From Dehalococcoidia bacterium (GTDB lineage Bacteria; Chloroflexota; Dehalococcoidia; SHYB01), in NCBI GenBank assembly GCA_965248515.1, contig CBDFJU010000001.1:242592-306591 (forward strand): 64,000 nt of DNA, read 5' to 3'. The notes under the pieces are model-generated. The model saw only the letters and a program-made list of their open reading frames with translations, had not been told where the DNA came from and searched no databases. The position numbers were made by a program, and so were the translations under genes. Of the stretch, positions 20,801 to 28,526 are shown in pieces (position 1 is the first letter of the stretch; every line of letters begins with the position of its first letter).

Positions 20801-21250
20801 AGCTTCTTGCTCAACAAGGTGAGGGAGGGGGTGCCGAGTGGTCGATGTTCATAGATGCGGACGAGAAACTCCACCTCCGTTTCCGCGACAACTCAGCCGG
20901 GGCTAACACGGAGCGCAAGCAGGACTCGGCCATCTCGCCGCTCGGTGGGTGGCACTTCTTTGTATTCACCTACGATGGGGCCGGGGGGGGCTTCAGCCTC
21001 GGATACGGTCACACTCTATATGGATGGCGCCGTGGAGGCGTCGACCGCCTCGAATGTCCCCTCCTATGTGGCGATGGAGAACCTCGCCGCCGAAGTTGCG
21101 TTCGGCATTAATACCGTGCCCAACAACAACTTATTTGTGGGAGACGCAGCCGCAGGGCCGCTGGGACCGTTCTACACCCAAAAGGAGCTGTCCGCCGTCG
21201 AGGTGCTCCTGCTCTACGAAAAGGGCTTGGAAATGCTGGACCTGCCGTAG
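17887..21250 (+). pseudogene. secreted subtilisin-family (S8) serine peptidase with C-terminal LamG/concanavalin-like domain, disrupted by ~5 frameshifts
   Basis: Signal peptide ALVLGLTIAAVAPGATAGPTAHAQ. The reading frame runs 1->3->1->2->1->2, with junctions at GGG 18432-18434, (GC)3 18641-18646, G8 19413-19420, G5 20827-20831 and G8 20983-20990. The catalytic residues lie on different frame segments: Asp (VGALSDSFD), His (QLIHDVAPGAG), Asn (SSAGNQ) and Ser (GTSAAAPHAAAVAALM). The LamG-like tail reads WSMFIDADEKLHLRF...FVFTYDGAGG|ASASDTVTLYMDGAVEAS. Confidence 0.75.
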
Positions 21251-21779
21251 TCTTTCCGAAGAGGGGCCGCTTTATCGCACGCTGGCGGATCGTTCTGCGC
21301 CGGGAAAGGCGATGAACACGTGAAGGTGTCGTGGGGTACCCGGTGAGGGTCTGGTGGTTCCCTCGGAATGCTGTGCTCCACAAGCGGGAGTCTCCGCTAG
21401 CGATATGTGACGGACGTCGGCTGGTGACGTCCCGCGGCTACACTTGACGTGCAGGGCGCTACCAGATTACGATCTCTGTCGACACTTGGGCGCCTGAAAC
21501 GACTGAAAGCGTCGACTACAAGCTGGAAGTCGGAGGGTACTGGTACCAGGTGCGGAGCGCTCCACCTCGGGCGTAGCACTGTCGTGGGCTCGCCACCATC
21601 GATCACCGGTGTCGGATCAGTGGAGTAAGCCCGAGTGCCTTTCTGGCTGAGGTTTTGTTGGCTGAGGACGATACGCCGACCGGGGAACACAGGGCGTGCG
21701 AAAGATTCCGGTCCCCGCCGGAATGGCGGAGCTTGGCCTGCACGCGACTGTCGTGACCCCCTGAGGAGAGGGAGAAGTA

Positions 21780-22271
21780 GTGAAGCAGCCGTCTGTACAG
21801 ATCCAGGTCCTGGGATTGTCCGACGTGAGACAGGTCGACAAACCCTGGGGTTGGGAGCGTTGGATCGCCGACGGGTCCCCAGTGTTTCCCTATGCACTGA
21901 AGGAGATCTTCATCAAGGCCCCGCATCGATCTAGCTTGCAGGTGCACAGGCAGAAACAGGAAACCAACTACGTCCAAAAAGGACGAGGCATGCTGTACTA
22001 CTCGAAGGCTACCGTCGACGTCGCCGGCTTGGAATCGGGACACTACACCGAGGAGGAGTTGCGCGAGTTGGTCTCCTCCTTGGAACGACAGGAGTTGCTC
22101 TCCGGGACCGTGTTCCACATCTTCCCCGGGTTCATTCATCGAGTCGAAGCGCTCGAAGACCTCTCTATGATCGAGGCCTCTACCATAGAGCTGGACGACG
22201 TTATCCGATTGCAGGATGACACCGGCCGCGGAAGTGGCCGTATCGAAGCTGAACACCGGCGACGTCCCTAG
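21780..22271 (+). CDS. cupin-domain protein, type II phosphomannose-isomerase C-terminal-like
   Basis: KPWGWERWI, SSLQVHRQKQETNYV, FIHRVEAL and IEASTIELDDVIRLQDDTGR resemble the ManC/PMI type II cupin. GTG start preceded by GGAGAGGGAG. This is the first gene of the long operon. Confidence 0.7.
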   Translation: MKQPSVQIQVLGLSDVRQVDKPWGWERWIADGSPVFPYALKEIFIKAPHRSSLQVHRQKQETNYVQKGRGMLYYSKATVDVAGLESGHYTEEELRELVSSLERQELLSGTVFHIFPGFIHRVEALEDLSMIEASTIELDDVIRLQDDTGRGSGRIEAEHRRRP

Positions 22272-22281
22272 AGGACGCGCG

Positions 22282-23877
22282 TTGACATACAAGATCTGTA
22301 TTACGGCGGCGGGGGTTGGGACCCGCAATCCTTATGCGCGGTTCTCGAACAAGATTCTGCTGCCCGTGGCCAACAGGTCAACCTTCTCGCACATTTTGGG
22401 CAAGTTTCCGCAGGCCATCGAGGTTGTCGTCGCGGTGGGCCACCGCGCGCAGCTGGTGAAAGACTTCGCCAGTCTCGCCTTTCCCGACCGGAACATCGTG
22501 TTCGTAGATGTCGAGCCGTACGAAGGCGCCGGCAGCGGCCCCGGGTATTCGTTGCTGTCCTGCCGGCGCCTTCTGCAGTGTCCTTTTATTTTCATCGCCT
22601 GCGACACCCTCGTCGACGAGGACATCCCAGCGCCGTCGAGCAACTGGATTGGCGTGTCACCGGTGCAGGATTCCCAGCCCTACCTGGTGGCCGACGTCGC
22701 CAACGGCAAGGTCGAGCGGCTCTACGACAAATACGACGTCGAGCAGATTCGCCGGCTTTCACCAACGCCGGATGTCGTATTGGACAACGGCTTCATCGGG
22801 TTGGCGGGAGTCATGGACTACGAGACCTTCTGGCACGGTCTCGAGACCGACGACACGGTGGTACAAGGAGAACGACAGGTCTCCGCTGGACTAAACGCGT
22901 TAATTCCCCTGAAGCTGGGAACGGTGCCTTTCTCCTGGAGAGATGTCGGCAATGGAGAGGGATACCAGAAGGTCAACGAGGAAATGACCGGTGGCCAGGC
23001 CCTTATCAAGCCTGGAGAGTTCACCTATATCGAAGGCGACAAGGTCATCAAGTTCTTCGAGACACGGGAGCGTGTTAGCTCCCGCGTCGAACGAGCAAAG
23101 CTTCTGGGCGCCGTCATGCCCGAGGTTTTGGGCGCCACGGACCACTTCTTGGCGTACAGGTATGTGGAGGGTCGCAACCTGGGCGACGTCGTCGAGCCAG
23201 CCACGTTCTCGGCGTTCTTGGATTTCATGAAGGGCCACGTCTGGAAGCCGAAGACGCTCAATGTGGAGGAGCAGGCGGAGTTCGTGGCGGCGTGTCGACG
23301 GTTCTACTACGACAAGACCCGGGAGCGGATTCGACAGTTCTTCGACAATACCGGGGTTCAGGACAAGGACGATACGATCAACGGTATGTCCGTCCCCACC
23401 ATCGGCGTCATGTTCGAGGCGTTGGATTGGGAGTGGTTGTGCGACGGCAACCCCGTGCACTTCCACGGTGACCCGCAGCCAGAGAATGTGATCGTCGCCG
23501 AGGACGGCAGATTCTTCCCCATCGATTGGCGCGAGGATTTTGGTGGCATCCAGCAGTACGGCGATATTTACTACGACCTGGCGAAGATCTATCACGCGCT
23601 GAGCGTCTCGGGAGAGATCGTCAGGGGCAATCAGTACACCGTCGAATGCGGGTCGGACTCGATCTCGTACAATTTCCATGTGAAGAACAACCTGCTCGAG
23701 TTCAGGTCGATCCTGGAAGGTTTCGTTGTCGAGCAGGGGTACGATCTGCAGAGGGTCCGGGTCTTGTCCGCCATCATCTACCTCAACATCGCCTCCCTAC
23801 ATCACCAACCATACTCGTACTTGCTTTATTATCTTGGTAAACATCTGCTGCACCAACTCTTGGAGGAGAAGCGATGA
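22282..23877 (+). CDS. bifunctional nucleotidyltransferase (N-terminal) / APH-fold kinase (C-terminal)
   Basis: The N-terminus has the ICITAAGVGTRN G-rich loop and a GT-A-like nucleotidyltransferase fold. The C-terminus has HFHGDPQPENVIV...IDWRE, the APH/choline-kinase Brenner-type motif. The TTG 22282 start sits 10 nt after the upstream stop; ATG 22216 is the alternative. Confidence 0.7.
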   Translation: MTYKICITAAGVGTRNPYARFSNKILLPVANRSTFSHILGKFPQAIEVVVAVGHRAQLVKDFASLAFPDRNIVFVDVEPYEGAGSGPGYSLLSCRRLLQCPFIFIACDTLVDEDIPAPSSNWIGVSPVQDSQPYLVADVANGKVERLYDKYDVEQIRRLSPTPDVVLDNGFIGLAGVMDYETFWHGLETDDTVVQGERQVSAGLNALIPLKLGTVPFSWRDVGNGEGYQKVNEEMTGGQALIKPGEFTYIEGDKVIKFFETRERVSSRVERAKLLGAVMPEVLGATDHFLAYRYVEGRNLGDVVEPATFSAFLDFMKGHVWKPKTLNVEEQAEFVAACRRFYYDKTRERIRQFFDNTGVQDKDDTINGMSVPTIGVMFEALDWEWLCDGNPVHFHGDPQPENVIVAEDGRFFPIDWREDFGGIQQYGDIYYDLAKIYHALSVSGEIVRGNQYTVECGSDSISYNFHVKNNLLEFRSILEGFVVEQGYDLQRVRVLSAIIYLNIASLHHQPYSYLLYYLGKHLLHQLLEEKR

Positions 23878-24527
23878 CGCGGGTTGCCAGCGGGATAGCG
23901 CTCTATCTGGAAGAACAGATCGCGATCGCGAAGAACTTCCCGTCGGCCGATGTCGAGCGACTCGCCGAGGCGGTCTGGAGTACTTATGAACACGACGGCT
24001 CGGTGTTCGTGTTCGCCAACGGGGGGCCCGCTGGCCTGGCCGAGGGATTCGCGACCGATCTGAAGACGCACCCGTTTGTGTCTGAAAACAAGCATGAAAC
24101 CACCGATATCCGAAGACTCAAGGCCCATTGCCTCAACGAGTCAGGCGCAGTGATGACCGGCGTCTCCAACGATCTTGGCTTCGAGTTCGTCTTTGCCGAG
24201 CAGCTCAAGAACTACCTGAGGAGTCCTGAGCAGAATGGGCATGATCTCCTGATCGCCTTTTCCGCCAGCGGCAATTCGAAGAACGTGCTCCATGCCTTTG
24301 CCTACGCCAAGCAATTCGGAGTCACGACGGCCTGCCTGGCCGGTCGTACCGGTGGAGCAGCGAAGGATGTGGCCGACATCTGCGTCGTAATCCCGGGCAC
24401 CTCCCAGTTCCCCGGTCAGGTTGGGGCCAACGACAACAACTTTCATATCGAAGACTTCCAGTCCAGCGTGACGCACATGGTGATCGGCATCATGACAGAG
24501 AGGGTGTGGGAGAGGCATGGACGATAG
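23874..24527 (+). CDS. SIS-domain sugar-phosphate isomerase, divergent GmhA-like
   Basis: VFVFANGGPAGLAEGFATDL, LIAFSASGNSKNVLHA and HIEDFQSSVTHMV parallel the GmhA motifs, but the canonical GGSA.DAQH is altered. ATGA overlap with the upstream gene. Confidence 0.7.
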   Translation: MTRVASGIALYLEEQIAIAKNFPSADVERLAEAVWSTYEHDGSVFVFANGGPAGLAEGFATDLKTHPFVSENKHETTDIRRLKAHCLNESGAVMTGVSNDLGFEFVFAEQLKNYLRSPEQNGHDLLIAFSASGNSKNVLHAFAYAKQFGVTTACLAGRTGGAAKDVADICVVIPGTSQFPGQVGANDNNFHIEDFQSSVTHMVIGIMTERVWERHGR

Positions 24528-25356
24528 GGTCCTGCGTCTCGAGGGTATCGCACGCCGACTCCGGCTTCACACCCTGGACGCTCTTTTCGAGGCGCAGTCG
24601 GGGCATCCAGGCTCATCGCTGTCTATCGCCGACATCGTCGCATCGCTTTATTTCGGCGAGATGCGCATATCGGGCGAGGGCCGGGACCGTTGCGTGCTGT
24701 CGAAAGGGCACGGTGTCGCCGCCCTGTACGCTGCCTTTTCCGAGCTGGGCTGGCTCTTCGAAGGAGAGTTGCAGACGCTTCGCAAAGTGGAAAGCCGGCT
24801 GCAAGGGCATCCCGATATGACCAGACTGCCCCACCTCGACGCCGGAACCGGTGCGTTGGGCCAGGGACTGTCGATCGCGATCGGTTACGCGCTCGCAGCC
24901 CGGCTACAGCAAAGCGGCAGTCGGGCGTACTGCATCATCGGTGACGGCGAATGTCAGGAGGGGCAGATCTGGGAAGGCGCCATGTACGCCGGCGCTCGGC
25001 GGATCGACAACCTGGTAGCGATCATGGACCATAACGGGTTCCAAAACGAAGACTCGGTCGAAGAGACCCTGCCGATGCATGACCTGTATGGGAAATGGGC
25101 CAGTTTTGGCTGGCACGTCATCGAGCTTGACGGCCATGATCTCCGTCAGATCCTGAATGCATTCGATCTGGCCAGGGCGACGTCTGGAAAGCCGTCGCTC
25201 CTCCTCTGCCACACGGTGAAGGGGAAGGGTGTGCCGTTCATGGAGAACGACAAGGCTTGGCACAGCCGCACGCTGTCCCCCGCGGAGTATCAGGAAGCCA
25301 CGGCTTATCTGAAGAGCTCCGGGGTGGAGGGCGCTGGTGTGACGTCACATGGTTAG
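24517..25356 (+). CDS. transketolase, N-terminal (TPP-binding) subunit
   Basis: HPGSSLSIADI, LSKGHGVAALYA, GTGALGQGLSIAIG and IIGDGECQEGQIWEGA...DHNG. 279 aa, split-type. Confidence 0.9.
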   Translation: MDDRVLRLEGIARRLRLHTLDALFEAQSGHPGSSLSIADIVASLYFGEMRISGEGRDRCVLSKGHGVAALYAAFSELGWLFEGELQTLRKVESRLQGHPDMTRLPHLDAGTGALGQGLSIAIGYALAARLQQSGSRAYCIIGDGECQEGQIWEGAMYAGARRIDNLVAIMDHNGFQNEDSVEETLPMHDLYGKWASFGWHVIELDGHDLRQILNAFDLARATSGKPSLLLCHTVKGKGVPFMENDKAWHSRTLSPAEYQEATAYLKSSGVEGAGVTSHG

Positions 25357-26284
25357 TTCAGCAGTTCCTCGAATCGCCATTCGAGATGCCTTCGGCCAAG
25401 CCCTGGTGGAAGTGGGACACAGGTGGGACCATGTTGTCGCGGTGAGTTGCGACTTGAAAGGAGCGACCCGGACGCAGCCCTTTTTCACAAGCTTCCCGGA
25501 CCGGTCGTTCGAGGTCGGCATTGCGGAGGCAAACGGCCTGGGGATCGCGACCGGACTGGCCCTGGCGGGCTACCGTCCGTTTATCAGCAGCTTCGGCGCG
25601 TTCATTACCGGCAAGAACGTCGAGATTCGCACGTCGATCGCTTATAACAAAGCCCCGGTTGTGGTGGTAGGCACGCACAGCGGCCTGATAGGTCCGGACG
25701 GGTCCACTCAGGCGGGACTGCAAGACATCGCTGCCATGCGGGCGATGCCGAATTTCATCATCCTGCAGCCTGCGTCCCCCATTGAAACCTCTGCGATGGT
25801 CCACTACCTGGCAGAGTGCTTCGAGCCGGCCTACCTGAGGATCGCCCGGAACGAGATGCCGGAGATTTACGACGAAGGCTATCGTTTCGCACTCGGCAAA
25901 GGTTACGTCATCCGAGAAGGCTCGGAGGTCACCCTGATCTCGTCCGGTCCGCCGATTACCGCGGTGTTGGAGGCGGCGGAGCAAGCTGGCGAGTCGATGG
26001 ACCTGCGCGTCGTGAACATGCCCTCACTCAAACCGGTGGACGACGCTCTCATCATCCGGTGCGCGCGAGAGGCACGAGGGATCATGGTGGTCGAAGACCA
26101 CTCCACCGAAGGTGGTCTGGGGAGCATCGTTGCCGAGGTCGTGGCCGAATACGGTCTGGCCTGCCCGGTCTATCGCCACGGCATTCGCGACGTGTTCACC
26201 GAGAGCGGCACCCCCGCCCAACTGGAGCGGAAATACCAGCTGGACGCCGCCGGCATCATCACCCACCTCGACCGCTTTCGTTAG
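25349..26284 (+). CDS. transketolase, C-terminal (pyrimidine-binding) subunit
   Basis: FEVGIAEANGLGIATGLAL, GTHSGLIGPDGSTQAGLQDIAAMRAMPN and VVEDHSTEGGLGS. 8-nt overlap with the N-terminal subunit gene. Confidence 0.9.
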   Translation: MVSSAVPRIAIRDAFGQALVEVGHRWDHVVAVSCDLKGATRTQPFFTSFPDRSFEVGIAEANGLGIATGLALAGYRPFISSFGAFITGKNVEIRTSIAYNKAPVVVVGTHSGLIGPDGSTQAGLQDIAAMRAMPNFIILQPASPIETSAMVHYLAECFEPAYLRIARNEMPEIYDEGYRFALGKGYVIREGSEVTLISSGPPITAVLEAAEQAGESMDLRVVNMPSLKPVDDALIIRCAREARGIMVVEDHSTEGGLGSIVAEVVAEYGLACPVYRHGIRDVFTESGTPAQLERKYQLDAAGIITHLDRFR

Positions 26285-26318
26285 AGGCCTCTCTTTCGGA
26301 GGACAAAGGCGCCGGGTC

Positions 26319-27137
26319 CTGAAGATTACCAAAGACACGACGCTCTGTATCTCGATTGCCGGCCGGCCTGGGAGCTTCGGAACGACGGTACACAACGCTG
26401 CGTTCCAGAGCACCGGACTCAACTTTATCTATAAGGCCTGCTGCGTCACGGACCCCGAGGGGGCGATGAACGGCGTCCGCGCTCTGGGCATCCGCGGGTG
26501 TGGGGTTTCCATGCCGCTCAAGGAAACGGTTATCCCCTTCCTCGATGAACTCGATCCGGTGGCCCAACAGATCGGGGCCGTCAATACCGTGGTCAACGAG
26601 GACGGTAGGCTGGTGGGTCACAATACCGATTGGGAAGGCGCCGTGAAGGCCCTCACGGAAGCATATGTGTTCCAGAACGCGAGGGTAGTCATGCTCGGCG
26701 CGGGCGGAGTCGCCCGAGCGATCGGCTTTGGCCTTCGGCGCGCCGGCGTCGCGTCGCTTACCGTCGTGAACAGGACACCGGCGCGCGGACGAGAGCTCGC
26801 CCACCATCTCGGCGCCGAGTTTCGGCCCCTGGACGAGCTTGATTCAATCGAGGGTGAACTGATGATCAACGCTACATCGGTCGGGATGTCGTCCGACGAT
26901 GAACGCCCTGTCGTTCGGGATGAGGTCCTCTCTCGTTTCGGCGCGGTCTTCGACGTTGTGGTGTCTCCCGCACCTACCCCCACGATCGAAGCCGCAGAGC
27001 GGCTAGGAATCGCTGCGATTCCCGGTTTAAGGATGAGCCTTCACCAGGCGGCCAAACAGTTCGAGCTGTACACGGGGCGTGCCGCTCCACTCGACGCCAT
27101 GGAGCGCGGTATTCGGGCTTATCTCTCGGGGAATTGA
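26319..27137 (+). CDS. shikimate/quinate dehydrogenase-family (AroE-like) oxidoreductase; start codon unresolved
   Basis: ISIAGRPGSFGTTVHNAAF, GCGVSMPLKE, NTVVNEDGRLVGHNTDW and a Rossmann motif VVMLGAGGVARAI. The only in-frame ATG/GTG/TTG upstream of the conserved N-terminus are GTG 26112 and TTG 26130, deep inside the transketolase gene. Position 26319 is a CTG. Confidence 0.7.
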   Translation: MKITKDTTLCISIAGRPGSFGTTVHNAAFQSTGLNFIYKACCVTDPEGAMNGVRALGIRGCGVSMPLKETVIPFLDELDPVAQQIGAVNTVVNEDGRLVGHNTDWEGAVKALTEAYVFQNARVVMLGAGGVARAIGFGLRRAGVASLTVVNRTPARGRELAHHLGAEFRPLDELDSIEGELMINATSVGMSSDDERPVVRDEVLSRFGAVFDVVVSPAPTPTIEAAERLGIAAIPGLRMSLHQAAKQFELYTGRAAPLDAMERGIRAYLSGN

Positions 27138-27611
27138 ATGAAGCATTTCGTCATAGACGTCGACGGTGTGATGACCGACGGCGGGCTCTACTACACCGAA
27201 GAGGGCAAGGTGATGAAACGCTTCGGTCCGGACGATCATGATGCCTTGAACCTGCTGCGCGACGAGCTCGACATCTTTTTCATCAGCGGCGACCACAGGG
27301 GCTTTGAGATCTCCCGGAAGCGCATCACATCCGACATGGATTTTCCGTTATTCCTGGTGAGTCCGACAAAGCGCGTGGAGTGGCTGAGGGAACGGGTTGA
27401 TCTTGGAAAGACCATCTTCATGGGCGATGGTATCTTCGACCACCTCGTGTTCGATCACGTCGCCTACTCGATCTGCCCGGCGGACGCCTTCTACCTGTGT
27501 CGGGAGAAGGCTGATCTTGTCACGAACTCCGCCGGCGGGCATCGTGCCGTCGCGGAAGCTGCCCTGTCCATCTTGGAGAGGTTCTTCTCAACACAGGAGG
27601 CTCGCGTTTGA
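27138..27611 (+). CDS. KdsC-family HAD-IIIA sugar-phosphate phosphatase
   Basis: FVIDVDGVMTDGGLYY, IFMGDGIFD and NSAGGHRAVAEAA parallel E. coli KdsC. The ATG directly abuts the upstream TGA. Confidence 0.8.
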   Translation: MKHFVIDVDGVMTDGGLYYTEEGKVMKRFGPDDHDALNLLRDELDIFFISGDHRGFEISRKRITSDMDFPLFLVSPTKRVEWLRERVDLGKTIFMGDGIFDHLVFDHVAYSICPADAFYLCREKADLVTNSAGGHRAVAEAALSILERFFSTQEARV

Positions 27612-27707
27612 GGCGCCTGTTTACGGCTTGGCCCGCCAATCGAAACGCCGCTGGCCGCGGGCAGGGCCAACGTGGCCTTGAGGGTGGTACGACATTAGAG
27701 GTTCGAC

Positions 27708-28526
27708 ATGACTAAGCCGGTGGCCACCCTGATCCTGCAGCGGAATCTTCCGGAATATTCCGACGCTATCGGTGACCATCTCCTGAAGTGGAACGGCGAC
27801 GTGACGGATGTCTATGTCATCGAGAGTGGCTCTGACCCCGACAAGTTGTCCAAGTACTCAAAGTTCTGGGCCAATTGGCCCGACGCCGTTGAGACGGGCC
27901 TTCGTTATCCGCGTGGCTTCAACTACGGATTGTTGGAGCTCGACAAGGCGGAGCGGTACGACTTCTACTTCATGGTCACGGGCGATGCGTTCTTCTTCCC
28001 TGAGCCGACAATCCCGATCATGCTCGAAGAGATGTACCAGTGGCCCAAGTTCGGCATCATGACTCCCATCTCGCCTGATTGGGGCGAGTACAGGGACATC
28101 CCTCTTGGGACCACCAAGTGCCACTGGCTCCTTCCCCATATAGCGTGGCTGATCCGCTCCGAGTTCCTCGAGCGGATCAAGGAGAAAGATGCCCCCACCT
28201 ACATGAACTACTTCTACGATGGGGACAATTTCCGGGGCTACGATGCCGATACCGAGGTCGGCATAAAGGCGTACCTTAACGACTATGCGTTGGCGGTGAC
28301 CGCGAAAGCCCGCATGGTCGAGCAGATCGATCTCTACGATCAGAACGCCGACATCGTGCGGACAGACCGACGCAAATTGCACAACCAACTGATGCTCGAA
28401 GAGGCCTTGGCGTGGATGAAGAAGAAGTACAACTTCGATAGCAAATGGGAGATGCGAGCCTGGGCCAAGATGGTCTATGGCGAGTTCTTCGACAGGAATC
28501 GCGAGTATGAAAGGTTCAAGCTGTGA
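27708..28526 (+). CDS. GT-A fold (GT2-like) glycosyltransferase
   Basis: ATLILQRNLPEYSD...VYVIESGSDPD and FFMVTGDAFF. It is a distant paralogue of 29345..30292. Confidence 0.55.
   Translation: MTKPVATLILQRNLPEYSDAIGDHLLKWNGDVTDVYVIESGSDPDKLSKYSKFWANWPDAVETGLRYPRGFNYGLLELDKAERYDFYFMVTGDAFFFPEPTIPIMLEEMYQWPKFGIMTPISPDWGEYRDIPLGTTKCHWLLPHIAWLIRSEFLERIKEKDAPTYMNYFYDGDNFRGYDADTEVGIKAYLNDYALAVTAKARMVEQIDLYDQNADIVRTDRRKLHNQLMLEEALAWMKKKYNFDSKWEMRAWAKMVYGEFFDRNREYERFKL

Noticed and set aside
20845-21250. ORFs 20845..21111 and 20855..21250 as independent small genes.
   Set aside because: Together they reconstruct one LamG-like domain split at a G8 tract, and they are continuous with the upstream peptidase reading frames.
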